This document shows, piece after piece, positions 1 to 12,600 of a stretch of 64,000 nucleotides of DNA. The position numbers and the translations under genes were made by a program. The DNA comes from Takakia lepidozioides. Lineage: Eukaryota; Plantae; Bryophyta. Numbering within the stretch: position 1 is the first letter of the stretch; each line of letters opens with the position of its first letter. The notes below the pieces were generated by a model. It searched no databases. It saw only the letters and a program-made list of their open reading frames with translations, and was not told the origin of the DNA. The DNA lies in contig CM060731.1 in assembly GCA_030704615.1 (NCBI GenBank), positions 91,078,001-91,142,000 on the forward strand, in the 5' to 3' direction.

Positions 1-99
1 TAAGAAAGTTATTGCGTGCTGATGATGTCCACTGCGACTACTAAGTGGGAGCATTCCACGATTGTACAGGCTGCCATGCGCTCTCGCTGCCCTCGTTCC

Positions 100-408
100 T
101 TCTTTTCCTTCTCTGTTCGAATTGCGGAACATGGTTTCTGCACCTCTGTTCACCAACTTTGAAAATCTCGAGGCTGAGGATACAGCCCTGGCCCTGTTGG
201 GCTGCTCACACACAGCAGATTGATGCTTGTATGAAGGGATTTCTAGAGGATGTCTGAAAAGCCTGAACTAATTGTTTATATCAAGGTAAGTCACACTACT
301 GGAGTGAGCCCCTCACAAAGGTCTTGCCTATTCCCTATCTTTCCGTCCAAGCTGGGTGCCGGACAAGGCTACGACAAACACAAATAAAGTCTTATGAGTA
401 CATTTTCT
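100..408 (+). mobile_element. 3' end of an RTE-X-like LINE (degraded C-terminal zinc-finger region plus structured 3' tail)
   Basis: The translation ...WAAHTQQIDACMKGFLEDV and the tail GTGAGCCCCTCAC...CAAGGCTACG...GTCTTATGAGTACA match the LINE copies at 9400-9695 and 10400-10670. The left boundary is approximate. Confidence 0.8.
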
Positions 409-409
409 G

Positions 410-3400
410 TCCGAATTGCAGTCCTTGTCTGTGTGCAGGAGGGTGTGGGAAACCAAGTCCATTGAGAATGAGGCAATTCATGAAGTAAATAATCCTCCTT
501 GTTCAAGACTCTGACCCCCATGGACTTGCCTCCCTTTTTGTGGATCCGCAGATTTGCCCAGAAGTAGTGCCCTTGGTTGTCCCATGTGCAAATTTCCATT
601 GTTTGGTGGGGCCTTATTCTTGAAGACGTGTTTGGCAGGGAGACCAAGGTGACCGAATTGCAATCACCAAATAACAAAATTATTTTCTCCAAAATCAGAC
701 ACCAAGTCCAGGTTCAGCAGCATGTCTTTGGTGCATCGAGATGATTTGGAGTGGTGCGCAGATGGCAGGTGGTTTGACCGTTTTTCAAATACTACTTACT
801 CAGAAGACTTCCAGATTTCTCGACAGCCAGACATTGCTCCAGTAACTGAACAGCCCATCTTGGGGCATCAGGTCAAGGTTAAGGACAAGTGGAGCAGACA
901 TAAACCAGCCGCAGCACTGCGCTTATCACAATCATTGAAGAAAGTGCAGGTTAGCAGTGCAGTTTAGAGTAACCTTTGTGGTGCAAATGCTCAGAAGGGG
1001 TGGTTGTTGGTTTGCCTGCTTGATTTCAGACTGTGCAGTAGGTGTGATGAAACTAAGCCTCTCATGCTTTATGTGGATCTGGTTGGGGGCTAAGTTGAAA
1101 TGTTTCTCTCCATGTTTTTCGAATGCAGTGTCATTTGTGAGCCACAGTCTTGAGTTGTCAATGACCAGTTGTGAAATATTGGTGACCGTGTTTACACTTC
1201 CATTGTGCGGTAGTCTCTGTATGTGACTTTGAAATAAACTTATGTGGGACATCATTTCATGAAGAGAAAGAAAATATACTCGTGCTTATTCCAGGCTTGT
1301 GGCTCCCAGACCCTGCTTCAACAGAGCAAAGGGAAAGGGAGAAAATGAGGGTGAGGAAAGGATAGTTGGAACAGGTTACCTACATTGTCAGACCCCCCTT
1401 AAAAGTGATGGGATCCACCTTGATGATGGGAGAGAGAGCGAGGGAGAAGGGGAGGGTGTTCTATGTCGAGGTCACTCCAGGTATGAAAACTCGAGAGACC
1501 TCAAGTGTGAGACCTGGTGGATAACTATTGTGGATGTCTAGTTAAACATAGTTTTGCATTGGTTGATTTACATCATGGAGCAAGGTGTTATTTAAGTAGG
1601 AACGATGACCTATGCAGGTGGCTACTGGCATTGAGAAGCTCAAGCTCTCAGCCTCTAAAGGCAATGTTTCAAGCTGCAAGACCTGAATATCTGTCAGGGG
1701 GAGTGTCATCCCATGCAGTCCCTGCAGCCTCAACATCAGGGAGAAAAGAGGCAGAGTTCTGGAGGGAGAGGAGGACAGGGCGCAGCCAATCTATTAACCA
1801 ACCAACAGGCATGCTTTATCTCATTGAAGTGAGCAACTGTTCAGACTCACTTTCTGATTTTTGAAAGGTTGCTGGACCTGGGTCAGAGCTTGACAGTGAA
1901 ACCAGTCTCCAGCAAGATGAGCAGCACCTTTTCATCTTCTTGATGGCCACTTAAGGTCACCACCCCAAAAGAGTGCCAGCATATGTCATTCTTGTGTCTA
2001 AAGGGCTTCAGCAGCCTGCGGCTTAGTGGACCATTGACAGAAGTTCTATGACAGTACCAGACTGACGGATGCAAACAGGTTTAGAAATAGTAGCTTTCAT
2101 ATTGGTGACCTTGGCATGCATGGGCAGTAGGTTTGTTTCTGGACATTATAAGAGGGTCAATTTGGGATACTCTTTCGACCTGCTGTGCAGCCTGATAGTG
2201 AGAGCTATGCCTTTAGTGAGCTGGAGCAAGGGAAGACGCTGGAAGAAAATATCACCATCGATGAAAACCACTCAGGTGTGGCTTCTGTCGGTGTTGTATT
2301 TACTGTCCTCGGGCTAAAGGTTCAACTCTTAAGTCTTCTTATGTGATGGTTCATGTGTGTGTGTGTTTGTGTGGGATGAAGAGAGGCATTGATTCTGGTG
2401 GAGTACAGGATCTGAGCTGATGTTGAAGGTTTCATGTGGGCAGTGTCAAAATGTTTCGAGCGAGGTAACTTGCGCGATAAGTCAATATGGATGTCGACAT
2501 CACACAAACTGTATGTCAATCCCCAATGATCTTAAAGGAGGTCAGAGTTGGTCTTAAAATACATCCGAATTTGTTCCAAAATATAAGAACAATGCATATA
2601 CATATCCGGTGAAAGTTGTACAAACATGGTAGGGTTTGCATCTTATGCATTTGGATCTTTCTATCTGATCGCTCCAACTGATTATATTGTTGCATCACTG
2701 CTGAATTCTTAGCAAGCTATGTAGTTATTGTTACATCAACTGACAACAACAACATCCCAGTGCCATATTTGCAAATGATTACCTCAGTAGGGGTATCTCT
2801 TGCCAACTCTTGCTGAGTCAAGATGATTGTATTTAAGGGCATATTAGGTTTTCTGTTGCAGCTGACCAGGCAATTGTACATACCTGTGAAGGTTATGGAG
2901 TACTTTGTTTGAAATATGGTACTGTTATCCCTCTTGTGAATCATAAAATTCAAGTTGAATGGCAAAGTGTTTCATTCCTCCTTGTCCGATTGCAGGTGCA
3001 GACTTCAGTTTCAATTCATCTCACAGCTTTGTTCCTGACTCAAGAATATCAACATGGTCTGTTTCTCAGTGGTCTGCAGTTGTGGCAATATGGGCTCTGG
3101 TCGTTACGATAACTGTAAATAGCAAACAGCACCTGAGCAAATTAACCTCCCAACCTAGAGACCTCTCTTGCTGCTTGCCAGTGAGTACCTGGACTCTAGA
3201 TCCTGAGTATGCCGTGCTCTCTCACAGGACTCGGATTCACTGTCTCTGTCAACACCTCTTTCTAGACTCAGCACCGCATCTCTTAAATACTCCCCAATGT
3301 CCCACCCGAATGTCCAGGCTAGCTAGTCCTGGCATTCTTTTCTTAATCTTCAAGCCTACACTTTGCTTTTTACCTTTTTGCTGGCCACCCACTATACTTG

Positions 3401-6400
3401 TACTATTTCTAGCCTTGCTAAGGTCCATAACTGACTTCTGCTAAACTAGGCTGTGACATGGTTGAGTAGTTTTTTACCAGAATATATATTCTGCATGCTA
3501 TTTAACCCTGATACTGCAACATCTCACTTTCTTGAGACGTTCTTACTTGTTTGGTAGCTTCCATGCGGATTCATCGGGGGACACAACACTAGAAGTGGAG
3601 TTGCAGCAGGAGAAACAGACAAGTAAGGTTAGTGTGAGCTTTCATGTGCACTCGGATTGTGCTTTCTTTGTTTGAGGAAAAGGACCGCACCTTGTTCTGT
3701 GCAGTGACCCATTATGTGCCACCGGCTAGATTTCACTGCTTCTTACATTTACGTCCTGTGCTGACCATGTGCGTCAACCTCCTTTTCTCAAATGACAATG
3801 GAGTAGAGGGAGAGTAGACTGAGTGTACGGTTTGCTACTCCACAGATGCTGCTGTCTTGCAACCCGCAATCTACCCTCTCCCGATTGAGTGATAACTTTA
3901 GCATGGGCATTCCACTTGCAAACAGAGCATCCCATAAGCTCACCCCATCTTTCCAGTCTTCCATCTTCATGGGACGAAACCCCGTCTATTCTGATATGTT
4001 TCTATGTTAGTATTCAACCAGATAGACAAAGGAGGCCTCTTAAAGTAGATTTGCAATGTGGGGCTTCAGCTCATTCACAAGCATGTGCTACTGGCCTCAA
4101 ATTTTCGATCTCTGCCTTTGCGATACTGCATATGAAAATATCCATCTATCTGTTCCCCCATTAGTTGGCCTGTTGGCAGTCGGTCTGATGTCTAAGGAAT
4201 ATCAATATTTCAGTCACCTTGTCTCTTCATTTAAGCTTCACACCCCTTGAGAATGCAAAAGAGCATGACGCTGTCTGGTGTCACATCATTTGCTTGTGAA
4301 TGTGGAGTCTGCCTATCACTCCATGGTGAGCATACATTGCATATCATACCACCACAGTAGTCTACTGTATTGGCTGGCACCAAGGATGGATGTCTTCTGC
4401 TGGCCAGGTTTGGATGTTGGCTATAGCTTTTCTACAAACCAAGCCTCTATGGAATTGAAGCTTTCTCTGGGGTCTGCCTCTTGATGGAGCCACTGGTGTT
4501 GTTAATTGGGTATAGGTTTCAGAAAGCTTAATGGCTAACTTGAGAACTGGGGATAGAGTGCTGCGGCTGCAATCCAAAAAATCGTTCAAGCATGACATAG
4601 TCCTGACCAACTCATATGTAACCAATCTGAGGTAAGATGTCATACCTCTTACTGCTTCCCACATATTTTTGGAACTTGCCATTGTTTGCAATCTGCGATA
4701 CCTTCTATCTCCTTGCCAATGGCTTTGGCACAGTGGTATCACTTGGAGGCTTGCAGTGTTTAAAGATCTGAGTGCAATCCCTTTGTCATGCCGACTCTCA
4801 TCATCCTTTTCATGATGACCAGGGGACAGCATTCACTGAAATTGGAGGCAGCAGCCCCAATATTAGGCTCTGGAGACATCTCAAACAGGTGACCCTGCAT
4901 GTTTAAATTCTGCAGTTTGAAAATCCTGGGAACTTTGCAGATGAGCTGTAACCCTCTTCGAGTTGACATTCGTTTCTACGTTTATTTACTCCTGAGCATG
5001 CACTGGATTGCAATGCTGAGTTAAGGCTTTAGTGGTTCTTGTTTTTGGTTATTCAGATAGTATATCTGCACCTTATTTACTTCATTCCATCCCTCTTTTT
5101 GTCTCTTCAAACGCCGCAGTTTTACCACTAATTTCCAAGGGAACCATGAGGTCTGCTTCAAGGGGATGCAGCGTATGCAAGATCGGAATGTGTTTGGAAT
5201 GTCATTCATCACAAATTTGAAGGAAGACAACTGGATTTGGTGAGCTCCTTAGCTGCAGGATTCCAGGTCTTTGTTTGAGTACTCCAAAAAATTTAGTTCT
5301 ATGTATATGGACATAGGGATCACAATGGGTATTATGTGCATCACTGTTTCTAAGTGTTGAGCATGATGTGGGTAATGTGAAGTCTGAAGGCAAAGCATCA
5401 TATGAGGGGGTCCATGGAGGTGGTGCTGAAGCTCACAAACGATTTGTGTGGTACCACCCACCTAAGAGTGACCACCTCCCATACCAAGCAACGTAATAAT
5501 CACTGGGCATGGACTTACAGGTTTCTCTCTTGTATTATCCCTTTCTGTTTCCATGGAACAAGGAAAATCGCCATTGTCTCCTCTTTCTTTCCTGACACCT
5601 CATGTTGGTGTCCTTCTTTTTTATCACAACTTAGCTTACCTGCTGGAATGTTTGTTTCTCAAGCTTAGATGCCTTGGATCTTTGAACTTCTTTTGAGGGG
5701 CTAGCAGAGTGGTCGTTAATCTTCTCCAGTGCCTTTGTGTTGATGACAAATCATTACACCTCGGAATCTGTCCTGCAGGATTGGCTCTGGTGAGAGGCAA
5801 TCAGTTGGTCTGGAATGGAGGCATGAAGTCTCTCCTGAGCACTTTCTCTCAATGAGGGGGTCTGCAAAGGATTGGACCTGTAACATTTACACACAACTTT
5901 GTCTACCCTTTTGAATCAGAAACTTTTTTGGGTCCTGTTTCCGAAATTCAGGTTACTTGATTGTTGGTATTGTCACCTATCATCCGCTATCATTTTGAAT
6001 GTTAAGGCTCATCAAAAGTTCCACTTGCTCCAAGACCTAAGGGTGCTTCAAAAAAGGGGGTGCAAGATTATGGCATCATTTGTAATAATGTGACCTCCGC
6101 TTGAAGCTCTTCATGTCCCTGGCAAAATCCATTCATAATCTGGCAGATCGACAATCAACTGGTGGAGACTGTTACCAATCAGTCTAGTCCTCTCAATTTG
6201 GGGGTTGTCCTAAAATACCTGATTTCCTTTCCCTTTCCTATTCTTGAGATAAATGTGCTTACATTCCAGATAATACATGTAAAATGCCAGAACCATATTC
6301 TCAAAACTTGGAAGGTATGACACAGGCCATGGTTAGCACCCATTGACACAAGAATAGGGAGAGTCCTGCACGTAGGAGTAAGTCTGCCATATATATGCAG
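410..6400 (-). mobile_element. Heavily decayed LINE-like remnants (boundaries uncertain)
   Basis: ORF 369-692 has IILLFGDCN...DNQGHYF...VLN, resembling the GDFN region of an APE endonuclease. The remainder has no long ORF and only weak LINE-like words. Confidence 0.3.
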
Positions 6401-6691
6401 TTGCTAGAATGGGGCAAACTAAGCCACTGCAGTTTGGGGCTGGAGAAAGCTCCCAACAAAATGATGGGGTGATTTCACCTTTGCTCTGCTAACATTAAAT
6501 GAATGTGAATTGGCTAGCTTTCCAGATGAGAAGAAATAAATTGCATCTGAAAGTGGTCTTCACAAAGAAATTGTGGTCTGGTCAAATTTCAAGGTGGATT
6601 CACAGGAGGGGTTAGGTCTGCACAAGCTGTCCTGCAAACCTCAGAAGGTCACTATAGTCGAGTAGATTATACTGTAATGTCAAAAACGTGG

Positions 6692-9600
6692 TTAACCAAC
6701 ACTAGAAAATCCATTACCACCTAACAATCCTGCTGTCATCTCCCATGTGACAATGGCTACAGCATTGGCAGGGAAGGCCCGCATCAAAGTTGGGCCCAGG
6801 CCCGCATACAGTCCTCGCACACCTGATTGCTTGTAAATCTGCAAACCCCGTGATAACACACCCTTGTAAGCACACCCTTGTAAGCAAATGCCGTTGTTAA
6901 TCTGGTGTCGGAGAGGTGGCAGATGAAACCAGCAACCAAAGAGTACATAACTGAAGCTTCAGTGACCAGGCCCATTGCTGTGCTTTGACAGCTGTTGTTA
7001 AGGTTGTGCTCTCAATGCCTCTTTCTCTCTGCACTGTCTGTAAGCCGCTCTTTCTTTCTTTGCAACACATCAGCAGTTGGCACTTCCTGTGAAACTTCAT
7101 CAAGTGAGTCTGTTGATCTTTACTGCTCCTGCTCCTCTCTCTCTTTCTCTCTCTCTCTTTCTCTCTCTGCCCCTGACAGAGGTAGGTTCTGTCCCTTTTG
7201 TTCCCGCTCAAACTGGGCGCGGGGTCAATGGCCACAAGGCTACGGCAAACAACGTCTTATGAGTACAATCTCTCTGGTTGGGAGGAAACTAATTGTCTGC
7301 GGTAGTATACTGGGATAAGTTATACAGTGAAATAAACTCAAACCACCATGGTGGTAATGACAAGAAATTCTGGTTGGCCCTTCAACGTTTGTACAAGCCT
7401 AAAAACGGTCAGCAAGTACAAGCGCTGAAGACTACTAAAGGTGCAGTGGTGACTTCATCGGTTGACATTGTCAAAACCTTTGAAAATCACTACAGTATCC
7501 TTGGCAGAACTTCTAGGTCTAACAGTGAGGGGTCTTCTGCTGAATGGAGGGACACGGTTGGAAAAACTGTTCCTATGATTCAAAACAGCCCTGATGAACT
7601 GGAGTATATTTCAATGGCTTATAACGCTCCCATTAGTTCTTCTGAGATTGTGGAAGCAATTGAACATTTAAATGGATATAAAGCTGGTGGACCTGATGGT
7701 ATTGTCAACGAGCTCATCAAGCACGGTGGCGATCCCATGATAGAGGCCCTAGTTCTCCTCTTTAACCTTATCTGGAAGACTGAAATGATCCCCTTTCGCT
7801 GGCAACAGGGGGTCATTGTCAATCTATACAAGAAGGGTGACAGAGAAGAACCGGGGAACTACCGTGGCATCTCGCTCCTCAATGATGTTGGCAAGACATT
7901 CTGCAGAGTTATAAGTACTCGTCTCGAGGTTGATCTGGAGTCTAGAGGTTGTTTCCACGAAGGCCAAGCTGGCTTTCGGCGAAACAGGGGCTGTGTGGAT
8001 CATATCTTCACTCTAAGCCAGATTATTCAGGGAAGGAAAAAAGAATGTTTTTTTCCTGGATGTCAAAAAGGCTTATGACACAGTGTGGAGAGATGGCCTA
8101 TGGTTCCGCCTCTGGTCTTGTGGGATCAAGGGAAAGATGTGGAGAGTTGTCCACAACTTGTATGCTCAGACCAAAAGCTGTGTCACTGTTAACGGACAGA
8201 AGTCCAACTTCTTTGACATAGACCAAGGTGTAGCTCAAGGATGTACTCTCTCCCCTCTGCTCTTCAATGTTTTCATCAATCAACTCCTCGAAGATCAAGG
8301 GAAAGTGAGGGATTTGGGTTAAGGGTGGGTGATACCACCATACCAGCCCTTGTGTTTGCGGATGACTTCGCAGGCATAGGGGAGACTCCAACCAATCTCC
8401 AGGAGTTGATTGATTGCGCGAAGAGATACTTTGATCTTTGGGGGCTAGAGGCTAACGTCAGCAAATGTGCAGTGGTAGCATTCAACGACAGAGGAGAGGG
8501 AGGAAGTGATCTTAAGTGGCAGTGGGGTAGCCAAGAGATCCCGATCCTCCCTTCCTACACTTACCTGGTCGTTGAGTTTTCCTCCAATCGTAATTGGGAT
8601 GCACATATCCGGAAAGTTGTTCAAACTGGCAAGGGCAAAGCTCTGGGGCTCACTAAATTTTTCCACTGCAGAGGGGTCAACTCTGAGGTTAAGAAAACCA
8701 TGCTTTGTCGAGTTAATAGACCTGCCTTGGAGTACGGATCTGCAATATGGGTTGATAACTCCAACCAGGCTAAGTCTCTAGAATCAAGTGGGGGTGCTTA
8801 AGGAGTGAATGTCAGCATGCTCCAAAACAGCCAATGTGGCTGTTCGGGGTGAGTTTGGCATCCCGTCCTTACGCTCCCGACGAGATGAATTCAAGGTCAG
8901 ATGGTGGGGTCAGCTGCAACATATGTCCAACACCAGATATCCTAAGTTAATCGACTCTATATCTTGGAAACAGGACCGCCCTGTCAAACAGGCTAAGTCC
9001 TGGCAGAAGAGAGTAGAAGAGATTCTCAAGGACCTGGACCTGGATCCGCAAGTCTTGACCCTGCTGGATAAATCTGACTTAGAGGCTGTAGTGTCCAAAG
9101 CCATGTCTGTTGCCATGAGATTGTCTGATGAAAATGAAGTTAGGCAGAAAACTTCCCTGAACTTGTTTCCAGTCTGTGACATGGGGGAGGACATCTTGGA
9201 TGACCTCAAGGGTCTACCCACTCTCGGCACTAGACTGAAATTTAAACTCAGGGCAGGAAACCTACCTTTGAACAGCAAAGAGAAGCAGAGAGGAAAGGGA
9301 GAGTGCAATTGCCCATTGTGTGGGCAACCTGAAGACAATATTCATTTTCTGATACACTGTCCGGGGTTCTCTCACCAAAGAGGCACTCTCTTCAAATCTA
9401 TCAAGGGAATTGTTCCTGTACCTCTGTTTACCAACTTTGAAAGTCTCAAGGCTGACCCAAATGCCCAGGCCCTTCTGAGGCCTAGTTTTTGGGCAAATCA
9501 CACACAGCAGATTAATGGGATTTCTAGAGGATATCTGGAAAACCTGGATCAATTTTTTGTATCAAAGTAAGTCTTACTACCAACATCAGCCCCTGACAGA

Positions 9601-12600
9601 GGTAGGTTCTGTCCCTTTGTGTTCCGCTCAAACTGGGCGCGGGGTCAATGGCCACAAGGCTATGGCAAACAACATCTTATGAGTACATTCTCTCTGGTAA
9701 GTCCATGCTTTGCCGAGTTATTACTCCTACATTGGAGTATGCATCTGCTGTGTGGGTTGATAACTCCAACCAGGCTAAGCCTCTAGAGTGGGGGTGCTCA
9801 AGGAGTGCATGACAGCTAACGTGGCTGTTCGGGGCGAGTTTGGCATTCCTCCATCAAGCTCCCGACGAGATGAATTCAAGGTCAGATGGTGGGGTCAGCT
9901 GCAACGTATGACTAATATCAGATATCCTAAATTAATAGACTCTATATCTTGGAAGCAGGATCACCTGTCAAACAAGCTAAGTCCTGGTGGAAGAGGGTAA
10001 AAGAGATTTTCAAGGATCTGAATCTAAGTCCGCAAGTCTTGACCCTGCTGGATAACTCTGACTTAAGAGGCTGTTGTGTCCAAAGCCATGTCTGTTGCCA
10101 GGCAATTATCTGATGAAAATGAAGTCAGGCAGAAAACTTCCCTGAACTTGTTTCCAGTCTGTGACATGGGTGAGGCCATCATGGATGACCTCAAGGGTCT
10201 ACCCACTCTTGGCACTAGACTGAAATTTAAACTCAAGGCTACCTTTGAACAGCAAACAGACGCAGAGAGGAAAGGGGGATTGCAAATGCCCATCGTGTGG
10301 GCAACCTGAAGACCATATCCACTTTCTGGTTCATTGTCCTGGGTACTCTCACCAGAGAGACACCCTCTTCAAATCCATCAAGGGAATTGTTCCTATACCT
10401 CTGTTTACCACCTTTGAAAATCTTGAGGCTGAGCCAGAAGCCCAGGGCCTTTTGGGGTCTAGTTATTGGGCAAATCACACACAGCAGATTGATGTTTGTG
10501 TGAAGGGATTTCTAGAGGATATCTGGAAAACTCGGATCAATTGTTTGTTTCATACTACCGGCGTCAGCCCCTGACAAAGGTAGTTTCTGTCCCTTTGTGT
10601 TCCGCTCAAACTGGGCGTGGGGTCAATGGCCACAACTCTACGGCAAACAACGTCTTATGAGTACATTCTCTGGTAAGTCCCACCACCATCAATCATATAT
10701 CAAGTCACACTACTGGGGTGAGCCCCTCACAAAGGTAGTGCCTTTTCCCTATGTTTCTCTCCAAACTGGGTGCGGGGTCTATGGCCACAAGGCTACGGCA
10801 AACACAGTCTTATGAGTACATTCTCTGGTTAAGTCCCACTTCTGGAGTGAGCCCATCACAGAGATAGTGTCTGTTCCACCCAAACTGGGCGTGGGGCCTG
10901 TGGCCACAAGGCTACGACAAACGTCTCATGAGTACACACACACACACACTCTCTCTCTCTCTCTCTCTCTCTCCCCCCCCCCCCCCCCCCAACTTTTTTG
11001 AGCTCCGGGAAGTCAGTGATGGAGAATAGGGAACCCACATGGCCAATCTGGGATACCAAACATTTCCCGATATTGTGTAATGGCTTTTTTCTGCACATGT
11101 GACCCTCTTTGAAACCATCAAAGAGACTGTCACTTCCCTCAGTTATGAGATGCTCGAGACAATGCTGAGAGCCATGGTCCTCCTTGGGGCTGAATTCTGG
11201 GGTGACTAGTTACCAGCAAATTGATGCTATTTTGAAGAGAGCTCTCTCGTATGAATCTGGAAGGGCAGAATCAACTTCAAGGTGTAAGTCCCACTCTTAA
11301 AGTGAGCTGTTTGTGAGGGTAGTGGACCCCATTCTACTCACCTCCTGTCTCCTTCACCTCTCCCCACTTTTCTGCAGTGTCCACACCGGGCATGGGATCT
11401 ATTGCCACAAGGCTATGGCAAACCTATCAAATATGTATTTTATCCATGTCTCTTCCCTCCCCCCTACTACTCAAGCGAAAATGAATGCCTCTATGACACC
11501 TCATCTTGTCAAGGGTCTCAGAGCGCTAATCAGATCCAGCACATCAACATATCACCGTAACAAATATCCCTAGAGAACTCATAATTGCAACCTTACTGAG
11601 GAGAACAGTACAGAAGCAGTGTGAATTTCTGCTTTACTTACCAGTTGAAGGTGGTACAAGGGGTTCCGCTCAGCATTCAACTTGGTGGCCGTCTGGATCC
11701 GCGTCTTTGCCACATCAAGCGGTAACACTCCTATCCAAAACTGCACTCCAAACCCTTCATCTGTCAGTCCTCAGTACACCTGCCAAGCACCTTTTTTGCA
11801 ACTGTACCCAGAACTCAACCACTGCAGACACAATTCACAATGTTTCTCATCCCTCACTCCATTTTTGCATTTGAAGCTTCTTTTGCTCCCATACGCCCTT
11901 AGGATGCCATGGACTCAAAACGTAAATTGTTCTTCTTGTCTTCTCCTCTACAGCTGTGCACCACACACAGACTTGTGATCCATATCCACACATCCAAACT
12001 CAAGGTATTCTGGAGAAACATCACCCTAAACATCAGTATTCTGGAGAAACATCACTTCTGGAGCTCACCGCAAGGCCTGCCAATCCTCCAGTAGCTATTC
12101 CAATTCCTGTCTCCAAAACAGTGTTGGTCACAGAAGTCTGAGTGGAGAGCCTCTCGACCTTCCCCTTCTCAGCTTTACTGAGGCGGTTGGGGTCAAGACC
12201 AACAGCAGTCAGCGAATGGTAGCGTGTGGTCTCGTAAGTGCAAAAGAAAAGGACATTGCCAAAAGTCTCCCTTAGCAGTGTTGCCACCCAGCCACAATAC
12301 AATCCTTTTACCTATAAATAGAGTGGCTGCAAAGTTAGGCCATGCAATTGCCACGGTGAGAGAGAGAGAGAGAATGTACTCATAAGATGTTGTTTGCCGT
12401 AGCCTTGTGGCCATTGGCCCCACGCCCAGTTTGAGCGGAACACAAAGGGACAGAAACTACCTTTGTCAGGGGCTGACGCCAGTAGTATGTCTTGCCTTGA
12501 AACAGACACCATGAGAGAATGTACTGAGAAGACGTTGTTTGCCATAGCCTTGTGGCCATTGACCCCGCGCTCAGTTTGAGCGGAACACAAAGGGACAGAA

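Noticed and set aside
7169-7275. Hammerhead or HDV-like ribozyme in the LINE tail
   Set aside because: CTTATGAG resembles CUGAUGAG, but I could not place a GAAA core or a nested pseudoknot. Reported only as hairpins.
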